Source: Promethearchaeia archaeon (lineage in GTDB: Archaea; Asgardarchaeota; Lokiarchaeia; Sigyniarchaeales; SOKP01). From it: 64,000 nucleotides of DNA. Shown piece after piece: positions 40,647 to 50,332 of the stretch. Both the position numbers and the translations under genes were made by a program. Within the stretch, counting starts at the first letter, position 1, and every line of letters begins with the position of its first letter. The notes under the pieces are model-generated. The model had not been told where the DNA came from, made no database searches, and worked only from the letters and a program-made list of their open reading frames with translations. The stretch spans positions 64,001 through 128,000 of the forward strand of contig JAHQWG010000035.1 in the NCBI GenBank assembly GCA_029856045.1. Direction: 5' to 3'.

Positions 40647-41469
40647 TTATTCACTGGGATGATACTGTGGTTTTATAACAAATCCCAGCGTCATTATACA
40701 CCATATAATTAGATCCATTATTTCCGAGACCCATACAAGGCCCCAAGGGGGTTCTCCAATTGTCATGAGGAAAGGTCTTAAAATTGATGAAATCAAATAT
40801 GCTATCCAAGCAATAGATATGATTAAACTATGTATTTCAGGCAGTCTTTTATATTTATAAAGAAATAGATAAGTAACAATAGACAGGATAATAATTGGTA
40901 ACAATAAAAAAACATGAATATCTTTTATTAGTCCAAAAGTAGGAACTACAACAATGTATATAGTCCAAGAGGAAATGAATATAATAAGCATTAAATATAA
41001 ATATTTTTTATTATAATCTGCCATCCATATCGATAATAATAAACCCACCATTGGAACTGTATTCGCCAGTATTAAGAGCCATCTTATTTTAGCATACCAT
41101 ATCAAAATTGGATCTATAGCGATATATATTTCAAAATCATAGCCACCAAAAAGGTTGAAAAGATATAGATCATATGCTTTTGCTACAATTAATATAAAAG
41201 TAGTAAGCGCCATCAGGAATGGTAAGTCTGTAAAAAAATGTTTTTCCGACTTAAGCCATTTATTTAGTAAAAAAAAACCTAAAAATACTAACACTATTTC
41301 TCTAGCTATAATAGAAATGGTTAATAAAGGATCTACATTAAATTCCATACCACCTGGAGGTAATTGAGCAAGAACAAAAGAACTCAAAAATCTAAAAAGA
41401 TTTAATATCGCAATTATAAAGCCCATAATAAGGATTAAATACAATTTATTTAGTTTTGTGGAAGTCATA
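40647..41469 (-). CDS. Multi-pass (about 7 TM) membrane protein
   Basis: Hydrophobic segments; start uncertain (41469 or 41516). Confidence 0.7.
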
Positions 41470-41684
41470 AGAATCAAATTAAAATATTTTAAAGGTTTTT
41501 GATATAAAATTTGCATTATTATTTAAAAACATCTATATAAAAGATTTTGAAGATTAACTGTATTTAACGTATTATTTTTTTAACTTTCGAAATTAATTGA
41601 AATTTTAAATGAATTTTTATACAGAATGATTTTTATATACAAGAAATTACAAATATCTTGTTTCTTATTATTAAAATGGCTTTT

Positions 41685-42161
41685 CTAACCATAATATATA
41701 AGCAAATTATTAAATAATGAAATTCCTGTTAAGATAATTCCAATCAAGATAAAAATGACATTCCATTTAAAGTCGTCATAAGGTATATTGGATATTTTTT
41801 TATTATTAAATAGTAAAGGGATGCCAGTCGGATTTAATGCATCCAATAATATATGAATTTCAAAAATAAACCACATTGAAATGGCTAAAAATATTGAAAA
41901 AGGAAGATTAATTAAAATTCCAAATAATCCTAAGATTATTGCCAATCCGATAAGTAATGGAGAGAGTGGAGAGTGTGTCCAAAAATATCTTTTATGTTTA
42001 ATAAACAATTTATAATCAAGGATATCATTTATTATTCCCGCTTCAAAATAAATTGGCAACATAAAAAAATAAATAACTCCAATATTTTGAAAAAAATTAA
42101 AAATTGTTAATAAAAAAGAGCCGATTCCAAGACTCATAAATCTATGAGAGTTTTTTTTCAT
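41685..42161 (-). CDS. YdjM/DUF457-like metal-dependent membrane hydrolase
   Basis: DILD, HKRYFWTHS, HILLDALNPTGIPL. Confidence 0.75.
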   Translation of the reverse strand: MKKNSHRFMSLGIGSFLLTIFNFFQNIGVIYFFMLPIYFEAGIINDILDYKLFIKHKRYFWTHSPLSPLLIGLAIILGLFGILINLPFSIFLAISMWFIFEIHILLDALNPTGIPLLFNNKKISNIPYDDFKWNVIFILIGIILTGISLFNNLLIYYG

Positions 42162-42313
42162 TTTATCTTCTTATTTATTGTTTTCTAAATAAAAAATTCC
42201 AATTTTTAGAAAGAATATATACTCCTTATTATTAAAGAAAAATGTTTTCTTTTTTTTTATTTAAATAGATCTATTTTATTTTTCACATAAATTTCCAAAA
42301 TTATTAAAAAGAG

Positions 42314-43462
42314 ATGTTTAGTTTGCAAATTGAAATACAAGAAAATACATTTTATTGTAAAAAATGTATTAATCATAAAGGATGTATCAGCGTAGAGATA
42401 GGAAGTGATGGCATTTGCAATCACTGTAAAGAACCTGATAAACATTTTGTTGTCCCAATATCACCCGAATTAAAAGAGCAAAAACGTAAAGAAATGGAAA
42501 AAATCCTAAAAAAAATAAAAGCCAAACATAGAAATCGGGAATATGACTGTGTGATTGGTTTTTCTGGAGGAAAAGATTCTACATATCTGTTGTACATTCT
42601 TGCCGTTAAATATGGACTTAATGTTCTTGCAGTTTCAGTAAATTCAGGTTATATGAATAAGGTTGCTTTAAATAATATTAAACAAACGATTAAAAACTTA
42701 GGTGTAGAGCATATTTTTATTAAACCACCAATAGAAGTATTCACTAAATTATATCGCTGGCACATTATTAACTATGATTCTAACGATTTACCTATGATGA
42801 AGAAAATCTGTGATAATTGCACTGATCTTATTGACTCGCTTGTGATTAAAGAAGCAGCACGTAGGGGAATCCCTTATGTTTTTATTGGGCTTTCGCCAGA
42901 CGAGAATGCAAGACATTTCTTTGAAATTCCTAAAGAAAAATTAAATCATTCCTTGTTACCTAAACATTGGAAATCTGATTTTTATAGTAATGAGGATAGA
43001 AAATGGTGGTGGGATCCAAATGAATTTGGATCAAAAAAGGCACCTCGATTGTTATTTCCTCTTCACATCTGGCCGTACAATGAGAAGGAAGTCATTGCAA
43101 CGGTTGAGAGAGCAGGTCTCGTAAGGAGAGGTAAAGCTGATCCTCTAAAAACTAATTGCATTCTTATCTGGGCTATAGGTATGTATGATATAATGCGATT
43201 TGGACACCATATGTATAGACTACAAATCGCAAAATTGGTACGACAGGGATTAGGAGACAGAGAGCATTGGTTGGAGATTTTTAACAGGTTAGAACCTCTC
43301 GTAGCGAATGGTGAGTTCAATACTCAACAATTAGATCGTTTTTTTAAGCAAATAGGTATGACAAGAGATGAATTGATAGAATTAGCTCGATTTAAACGGA
43401 AAAATGATCCTCGAAGGGATAATATTGAGAATGCTATGAAATTAAAAGGAATTTCCTTATAG
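42314..43462 (+). CDS. PP-loop ATPase, N-acetyl sugar amidotransferase (WbpG-like) family
   Basis: CKKC..GICNHC, YDCVIGFSGGKDS, ICDNC. Confidence 0.8.
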   Translation: MFSLQIEIQENTFYCKKCINHKGCISVEIGSDGICNHCKEPDKHFVVPISPELKEQKRKEMEKILKKIKAKHRNREYDCVIGFSGGKDSTYLLYILAVKYGLNVLAVSVNSGYMNKVALNNIKQTIKNLGVEHIFIKPPIEVFTKLYRWHIINYDSNDLPMMKKICDNCTDLIDSLVIKEAARRGIPYVFIGLSPDENARHFFEIPKEKLNHSLLPKHWKSDFYSNEDRKWWWDPNEFGSKKAPRLLFPLHIWPYNEKEVIATVERAGLVRRGKADPLKTNCILIWAIGMYDIMRFGHHMYRLQIAKLVRQGLGDREHWLEIFNRLEPLVANGEFNTQQLDRFFKQIGMTRDELIELARFKRKNDPRRDNIENAMKLKGISL

Positions 43463-43525
43463 CTTTATTTTCTTTTTTTTGTCTTTGGTCTTCTTTTTAT
43501 TAAAATATTTATTTAAAAACTATTT

Positions 43526-44746
43526 TCAGTAAACAAGATCCACTATTTTTTCTGCTTCAGGAATTAATTGTAGTTTAGGATTTAATTTTCCTTTTTCTAG
43601 ATTAAATATTATATGATCTTCAAATAATTCTCCTGATGGTGTGATAACTCTTTTCCAACTTGGAATATATCCTCTAACTTTAAATCCAACATCACAAAAT
43701 ATTCTTTGATGATTAGGTTTATAGGCTGATACAAAACATTCAATATAACGAACTTTTTTTTCAGAAGCATATCGTTTAAGTTCTTTAAGTAAGACAAACA
43801 ATTCAATATCATTATTCACATTATACTTAATCTTTTCGATGTTTTCAACAGTTGGTGTATATAAGAATTTGATATTGGAATCTGTTTCTAAAATCTTAAT
43901 TATAACCTTATGATATCCAAATTTATCAATTTCTTCATAAATTTTTACACTTTTTCTATTCCAAATCTTCCTATCTAAATTAAAATCATATTGAACTATT
44001 GGTTCTAAATAGTTTGCCTCTTCAAGATTATATTGTTTTTGAATAAATGAATATATCTTATTTATCTCTGGTATTAGAACAGGATTTTTTTTCCGTAAAG
44101 AAGATAAAACTTTCTCTGAGTAAATTGTATGGAAGATATCTGATTCTATATTATTTAAGAAAATATCCTTATTAGGTAGAAAAGCTAAGGGTTTTATACC
44201 ACAGATATTTGCTAAATATTGTGATTTTATATGAGCTGTTCGACATTCTGCGTACCATATATAAATAATATTTTTGAATGTACCCCACATTCCAATCATC
44301 GAGCCAATCATTAATTTCTTAACATTTGTAATTTTCTGATATTTCTTTTTTACTAATAACCCTCTCATATAACCTTTTTTTTGTTTTCTATTTAATACGT
44401 AAGTAAAACATCCTATAGTCTTTCCTCTAGGTGTTCTGAATAATACCCAATAATAATTTTTATTCAAAATCATCTTTTGAACTTCTACCGGATCTTCCAT
44501 TTCTTTATAAGGATATGTACCGTTATAGCAATCTTTATAAATTTCAGTTATATCATAGGCATCTTCAGGTGAAGCTAAGGTCAAACAGCAATCTAACCTA
44601 TCTAAATTTTTATCAATCTCGAAATTTAATTCCATATTTTCAGTTAGATCTGGATTAACTCCAATTTTAGTAAATTTTTCAATAAATTTTTCTGTAGAAT
44701 CTGAGGTTATCAATTTGGTTTTTATTATAAAACTACTTGAAGCCAT
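43526..44746 (-). CDS. GNAT-fold acyltransferase-like protein (tandem domains)
   Basis: YNGTYPY, RGLLVKKKYQ, ECRTAH..SQ, GFKVRGYIP. Confidence 0.7.
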   Translation of the reverse strand: MASSSFIIKTKLITSDSTEKFIEKFTKIGVNPDLTENMELNFEIDKNLDRLDCCLTLASPEDAYDITEIYKDCYNGTYPYKEMEDPVEVQKMILNKNYYWVLFRTPRGKTIGCFTYVLNRKQKKGYMRGLLVKKKYQKITNVKKLMIGSMIGMWGTFKNIIYIWYAECRTAHIKSQYLANICGIKPLAFLPNKDIFLNNIESDIFHTIYSEKVLSSLRKKNPVLIPEINKIYSFIQKQYNLEEANYLEPIVQYDFNLDRKIWNRKSVKIYEEIDKFGYHKVIIKILETDSNIKFLYTPTVENIEKIKYNVNNDIELFVLLKELKRYASEKKVRYIECFVSAYKPNHQRIFCDVGFKVRGYIPSWKRVITPSGELFEDHIIFNLEKGKLNPKLQLIPEAEKIVDLVY

Positions 44747-45075
44747 AAAAAAATCAGCATTACTATCTTTTAATTCTTTTAAAATTTGATAGGAACTGTA
44801 TAAAATGAGGATATTTAAAGAAAAAATTAAATTACATTACTAAAAGAATTGTAAAAACTTTTCAAACATAAAAACAAATAAGATCTAAGAATTTGAATAC
44901 ATTTTATTATCAAAAATTATAATATTTAGACAAATACTATTGAATAATTATAGGTTTTAGATAATATGGTATTAAAATTTAATTAGTAAATTTCTATTTG
45001 ATTAAAAATTTTTATTTAAATATGTCTGTTTTACTCTCCTTTAAAATAAATTTAGAAATAATTTTGAAACCATAA

Positions 45076-46239
45076 GTGAGAAAAATGGTATTAGAATATG
45101 AATTAGTAAAAAAAATCTATCAAACCCATGACTTAATAGAAATTGAATATGCTTTAGAATCTATCCTTGAAATTTCCGATAAACGATTGAAATCTAGAAT
45201 TGTAAGTGAAATTTTAAAATATCTAATTGAGAAATTTTTTGATAATATCTATAAAATAGCTGTTTATATCTGCCGTGATAATTCTGAAATTGTTGGATTT
45301 GTTATTGCTCAAATAGATCCTAGTTATCGAAGTTATGGTAAGTTGTGTGCTACTTTTGGATGGTTACGGGCTGATTCCTTAGAAACATGCAAAAAACTTA
45401 TGAATGCTTGTGAAAATTTTGCTAGAAAACATGGATTTCGAAAAATTAGAGGACCAATTAATTATCCAAAAGGTTTAGGTGGTATTGGAGTTCAAGTAGA
45501 TGGATTTAATGAGAAGTTATTTTATGGTGTTGCTTTCAATCCTATTAATATAGCAGATTATTTAGACAAGTTGGGATTTAAACGAGATGCCGAATATATT
45601 TGTGTTCATGTGACAGAAAAAACTTGGAAGAAGGGAAAAAAAATAGATAATAATGTTTGTTTAAGATTTCTTCCTTTAAAAGATATAATTGCAAAAGAAG
45701 AAGAGATTATGGAATTGACATCTAACGCGTTTAATTTCATTTTGCCTGATCATAGTGGAAGTGGTAGGTTTGATGAAGTTATGAGACAATATGCTGCAGT
45801 ACCAAAAACTCATTATAAATTGCCACCAAATTTTAACCCAAGAAACTATTCCGATATTCCAGAGTTTATTGAAGCATGGGAATCTTGTGACCTAGAAAAT
45901 GTAGTTACATGGGCTCCGATAGCATTTAATAGTTATACAGGAGAGATTGTTGGAGCCATCTTTTCACTTCCTGATCTTTATCAACTATGGCTTAGAGAAC
46001 CAATTACACGGGTTAATGTTGATACTGTTTTTGTTAAACCCGGTTATACAGGTAAAGGAATATTCTCTGCATTAAATAACATCGGACAGATCACTACCGG
46101 ATTCAACGGGATAAAATATATTGAAGGAACACATATCTGGAATAAGAATGAAGAAGCGGTACAGTCAATCTTTCCTCATACTAAACCTTTAAGAAAGCAT
46201 ATTATTTTTCAAAAAAGATTGCGTGCTCATAAAAAATAA
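45076..46239 (+). CDS. YghO-like tandem GNAT protein
   Basis: ATFGW, ARKHGFRKIRGPIN, VKPGYTGKGI, IEGTHIWNKN. Confidence 0.75.
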   Translation: MRKMVLEYELVKKIYQTHDLIEIEYALESILEISDKRLKSRIVSEILKYLIEKFFDNIYKIAVYICRDNSEIVGFVIAQIDPSYRSYGKLCATFGWLRADSLETCKKLMNACENFARKHGFRKIRGPINYPKGLGGIGVQVDGFNEKLFYGVAFNPINIADYLDKLGFKRDAEYICVHVTEKTWKKGKKIDNNVCLRFLPLKDIIAKEEEIMELTSNAFNFILPDHSGSGRFDEVMRQYAAVPKTHYKLPPNFNPRNYSDIPEFIEAWESCDLENVVTWAPIAFNSYTGEIVGAIFSLPDLYQLWLREPITRVNVDTVFVKPGYTGKGIFSALNNIGQITTGFNGIKYIEGTHIWNKNEEAVQSIFPHTKPLRKHIIFQKRLRAHKK

Positions 46240-46252
46240 AATCAATATTCAT

Positions 46253-46951
46253 TTATTTTTTAATTATTTTATCTATTAAGTCCTTTATAACATCAGATGA
46301 TTTTCTCAGACTTATAAATCCAACTAAATGAAGACTTTTAAAAATTTTATTTTTTACTTGATAATTTACTGTGCTCATTTTAATTCCTATTTTATTACAT
46401 ACGTGTACAAAAGGGATGGAATTTATTCCCAATGCAATCATTGTTAAAATAAAAATTACTCCCACTATTACATCATCTTTTGTATTTTTTATATAAGGCC
46501 AAAATTTTTTAAAAATCTCTTGAGATTTATTAGTAAAACCTTTGTCAAATCTAAAAATTTCTTTTATTTTGTTTATTTTTTTGATAATAACGGTCTTTCT
46601 ATCTCTTTTAAAATAAGTCGGATAAAAAATCGCTGCTTGCTTTAAAATTTCAGTAAATTCTTTTTTATTTGAATTGATCTTTTCTATAAAATCAGCAATT
46701 CTAATATCAAATCCTTTTGCTTTAAAAACCATATAAATTATTACTGGGGCTAACTTTTTTGGTGACCTTGATTTAGTTCCTTTTCTCATCTGTTTCCATA
46801 TCTGTAAAAAAATCTGAAAACATTCTTCATATAAGTTTGGATATTTTGCCAAATCCAAAATAATTATCAATTTGTTTAAAATTAATTCAAAACTATCAAT
46901 TACAGTTTTCTCATAGTAAGAATATTGAATAAATTGTTCAGATTTGCTCAT
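46253..46951 (-). CDS. TFB-like cyclin-fold protein lacking the Zn ribbon (paralog of 15048-16304)
   Basis: Shared blocks KGTK.R.P.KL.PVI, KFWP.IKNTKDDVI.GV, KIGIKMST.NYQVKN.IF. Confidence 0.75.
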   Translation of the reverse strand: MSKSEQFIQYSYYEKTVIDSFELILNKLIIILDLAKYPNLYEECFQIFLQIWKQMRKGTKSRSPKKLAPVIIYMVFKAKGFDIRIADFIEKINSNKKEFTEILKQAAIFYPTYFKRDRKTVIIKKINKIKEIFRFDKGFTNKSQEIFKKFWPYIKNTKDDVIVGVIFILTMIALGINSIPFVHVCNKIGIKMSTVNYQVKNKIFKSLHLVGFISLRKSSDVIKDLIDKIIKK

Positions 46952-46972
46952 GAATAGTTTTTAAATTAAAAA

Positions 46973-46987
46973 TATTTAAATAAAAAA
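46973..46987 (-). promoter_or_regulatory. T-run/TATA promoter motif
   Basis: T6-A-TTTAAATA, 21 nt before ATG 46951. Confidence 0.55.
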
Positions 46988-46998
46988 GAGATTTACTT

Positions 46999-48162
46999 TC
47001 ATAAGTTAAGTAATATTGGACTTTTAGGAATTTTAACTTCCGACATTATTTCTTTTTTTAAATTGTTGTCATAACGGAACTCATTACATTTATATTCCTC
47101 TAAATTTAGAGAAAATGGATAATAAAACTTACATATTGAATGATAAATAAATTGGAACCAGAGATATGGAATTTTTTTCAACATGTTATTATCATCTTGT
47201 TCAATATTATAGAAAATAAATCTCAAATCTTCAAATCCATTTTGTGTTAATGAATTTAAAGGAGGAAATGACTCATATTTCAAAAGATCTAATGATAAAT
47301 TAGAATTAGGATTATTTAAAATGAGAATTAACTTATTTTGGAAATTTTTTTCTATGTTTTTTCTTAAAATGAATTTTATAATAAAAATTGAAGAAATTAT
47401 TTTTCTTAAGAAGATAGGAAGCGTAATAGGAAATTTAATTAAAAAAATTCCCTCCTGTATTTTATCAAGAGTCCAAGACTCAATATTAATTTCATTTAAA
47501 TCTTGCATAATCATGTGAAAATTTATATGATACAACAATTGGTATAAAATCGAGATGAATTTATCATTTATTTTTGAGCCAAAATGTTTCAATTGGTTGA
47601 TATTTTTATTACCAGATATGAAGCTCTCAAATGGATCGTTATTTAATAATAGAGTTTCAATCTCTATTGCTTCTATTTCGGTTAATTTAAATATAGATTT
47701 TAAAATTTGCGTAATTGAATTATACCAAATAAAAGGATTAATCTTTGAAGGACGAACAAATAAGTTTTGATACATATCTGAATTAAAATAAATAGTATTT
47801 ACTTGAGATTTAAATATATTATGGCGAAAAAGTTCATTATTAAAATCAAAAATCACAACCGAATGATTTTTCATATTAATAATACCCAATTCTTTATCTT
47901 CCTGAAATAATTGAACATATTGAGAAATTAAAAACTCTACCAACTTAGTTTGATCTTGAAAGTGATGAATTTTGCTTGAAATAAAGATGTTTTCTTTTTT
48001 AAATACTCTATGAATAAGAGAGTAAAACACAAATGGGTTAAGATAATAGATTTTTTTTTTTGATGATTTCTGAAAAAATCTTTGCCTATTTTTGAAGTTT
48101 CTTATTAATTCCCAATCAGTTTTTTGTAATCTATTGGATATTTTACTGAAATTTTTAATCAT
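46999..48162 (-). CDS. Hypothetical protein, possibly a highly degenerate HerA/VirB4-like fold
   Basis: SVVIFDFNNE resembles PSIIFDFNGK of the 1285-aa protein; start moved to ATG 24 nt below TATA 48187-48194. Confidence 0.45.
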   Translation of the reverse strand: MIKNFSKISNRLQKTDWELIRNFKNRQRFFQKSSKKKIYYLNPFVFYSLIHRVFKKENIFISSKIHHFQDQTKLVEFLISQYVQLFQEDKELGIINMKNHSVVIFDFNNELFRHNIFKSQVNTIYFNSDMYQNLFVRPSKINPFIWYNSITQILKSIFKLTEIEAIEIETLLLNNDPFESFISGNKNINQLKHFGSKINDKFISILYQLLYHINFHMIMQDLNEINIESWTLDKIQEGIFLIKFPITLPIFLRKIISSIFIIKFILRKNIEKNFQNKLILILNNPNSNLSLDLLKYESFPPLNSLTQNGFEDLRFIFYNIEQDDNNMLKKIPYLWFQFIYHSICKFYYPFSLNLEEYKCNEFRYDNNLKKEIMSEVKIPKSPILLNL

Positions 48163-48284
48163 ATCAAGAAAGTTATAAGACATAAGCTTTTAAAGAAAAA
48201 ACATCATTTCATCTTTTTTTCTTTATATATTTTGATTATTATTTTCTCATAAAAGGTAATTGAACGATCAAATTTTGATGAGTA

Positions 48285-48617
48285 ATGAGTAAAACAAGTG
48301 TGTTAAAAATATTTGGAGTATTTTCAATAGGTATAATATCATTAGTGGTATTTTTCCAAGATGAAATTATGGTCCATCTTATTGATCCAATCCAAGAAAT
48401 TTTTAGATATATATTTAATTTAATTCCAGTGATATTATTTTCCGCAGCCGGAATATTTTTAATAAGCGGATTTATAAGTAAAAGGAATAGAGTAAGTTGT
48501 CTCATATTCAGTGCATTATGTTTCTTATTTGGGTTCTGGTTATCTAATCCAAGTGGTTTAGAAGATATTGCAAATATGTTTGCTGGAAGACCAGTAACTC
48601 CAAAAGGTTGGCATTAA
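48285..48617 (+). CDS. Small membrane protein (leader helix plus TM hairpin), VirB2/CedA1 pilin-like
   Basis: Three hydrophobic helices with basic loop ISKRNR. Confidence 0.5.
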   Translation: MSKTSVLKIFGVFSIGIISLVVFFQDEIMVHLIDPIQEIFRYIFNLIPVILFSAAGIFLISGFISKRNRVSCLIFSALCFLFGFWLSNPSGLEDIANMFAGRPVTPKGWH

Positions 48618-48642
48618 GTAAAAAAATGGGGGTAAATATAAA

Positions 48643-48900
48643 ATGTATAATTTATTTCAATTTCCAGATTTAATTGATATATTTACAAATCAATTACCTG
48701 TAAACTTGGCAGAGTTTTGGCAGTTTTTAACAGCAATTCTTTCATTATTGGGATTAACAGGACTTGTTATTTCAATTGTGTGCCTTTTACTCTCAATTAA
48801 AGTAAAATTTAAAGGATTATTGAGTTTTATGATATTTTCATTGATTTTATGTTTAATTTGCGGCTTCGATACCGGATTGATCTATTTTAAGATTATTTAA
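48643..48900 (+). CDS. Small TM-hairpin protein, pilin/CedA-like
   Basis: Two hydrophobic helices with basic loop IKVKFK; GGGGG SD. Confidence 0.5.
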   Translation: MYNLFQFPDLIDIFTNQLPVNLAEFWQFLTAILSLLGLTGLVISIVCLLLSIKVKFKGLLSFMIFSLILCLICGFDTGLIYFKII

Positions 48901-49025
48901 ATTAAAAATTTCTTGCTTTAAATTAATTTAAGAGGAAAATATTAACTATTTTCAATTATTCTAATTTTTTCTTTTAAATATCTTCATTGTATAATTATTT
49001 CAAAATTTAAGAAATTTTGATAATA

Positions 49026-50204
49026 ATGACAGAATTAAAATTAGTGAAAGGCATTCAAGCGAGACATATTAAGATTTTTACAGAGAACGGTATTACTACA
49101 GCAGAAGCTCTTGCTATGTCTGGTTTTAAGAGTATTACTGCAATGGAAGGTATTGGAGAAGCAACTTCTAAAAAACTTATTTGGAATGCCAGAAGTGCTT
49201 TGGGAATGAGTAGTTTTAAAACAATATCAGAGTTCCAAGAAAATCATGAATATATTAGCACAGGTTCTTTAAATTTTAATGCAATTTTAGGAGGTGGTAT
49301 AGAAACAGGTTTTATAACAGAAGTTTTTGGTCCATTTAAATCCGGAAAGACCAATTTAGCGCACACTTTGTGTGTTACTACACAATTACCAAAAGGAAAA
49401 GGTGGATTAAGTGGTGCTGTGATTTATATTGATACCGAAAATACATTTTCGAAAGAAAAAATCAAACGAATTACCAAGAGATTTGGTCTTAAACCCGAAA
49501 ATGTACTCCCGCACATTTTTCATGCGAGAATTTATAGTTCCGATCATCAAGCTCAAATGATTTTGGAAGCGGAGAAACTCGTAAAAGAAAAAAATGTTAG
49601 AATAATAATTTTAGATAGTTTAATGGCGCTTCTTCGAGCAGAATACATCGGAATTGGAATGCTTCCACAACGACAAGCTACATTAAATCAAATGATTCAT
49701 GCTCTTTCCAGAATTGCAGAGAGTTATAATATAGCGATCCTTGTAACAAATCAGGTTGCCCAACAAATAAAGGGAATGTTCAGCGGTATTGATGCAATTG
49801 GAGGGAATATCGTCGCTCATGGTTGCCAGATTCGGGTGATGTTTAAGACAAAAGGGTTCGCCGCGAATAGTTCTCTTGAAAGAAAGGCAATTATTGTTGA
49901 TGCACCTGATTTACCTCCTGAGGAATGCCAGTTTTATATAACTCCAGCAGGGATCTCAGATACAGAGAAAATAGATTTTTCAAGTATGGAAGAAAATATA
50001 GAACCCAAATTTATTATGGCTAATGATGAATTTACCTTAGAAAAAATTAGAGGAATAGGAAAAAACATAATGGAGAAATTGGAACAAATAGGAATTACTA
50101 CTACTGAGCAATTGAAAGATACAAATCCCGAAGATCTTGCTAAAGATTTGCCAGGTATTTCAAGTAAAAAAGTAAAAGAATGGATTGAACAAATTCCTGC
50201 TTAG
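49026..50204 (+). CDS. radA: RadA/Rad51-family recombinase paralog with extra C-terminal HhH domain
   Basis: N-terminal HhH, GPFKSGKT, YIDTENTF, IILDS, VTNQV, IGGNIVAH; tail LEKIRGIGK. Confidence 0.85.
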   Translation: MTELKLVKGIQARHIKIFTENGITTAEALAMSGFKSITAMEGIGEATSKKLIWNARSALGMSSFKTISEFQENHEYISTGSLNFNAILGGGIETGFITEVFGPFKSGKTNLAHTLCVTTQLPKGKGGLSGAVIYIDTENTFSKEKIKRITKRFGLKPENVLPHIFHARIYSSDHQAQMILEAEKLVKEKNVRIIILDSLMALLRAEYIGIGMLPQRQATLNQMIHALSRIAESYNIAILVTNQVAQQIKGMFSGIDAIGGNIVAHGCQIRVMFKTKGFAANSSLERKAIIVDAPDLPPEECQFYITPAGISDTEKIDFSSMEENIEPKFIMANDEFTLEKIRGIGKNIMEKLEQIGITTTEQLKDTNPEDLAKDLPGISSKKVKEWIEQIPA

Positions 50205-50332
50205 AAAAAATAAATCTTTCTTTTTTTTAATATTAATTTTTTTTTTAAGCTTAAATGAAAAAAACAGATAAAAATTGTTAGAATTAATTTCCTTATTATT
50301 CAAACTTTTCTGATATTTGATTATGTTTATAT

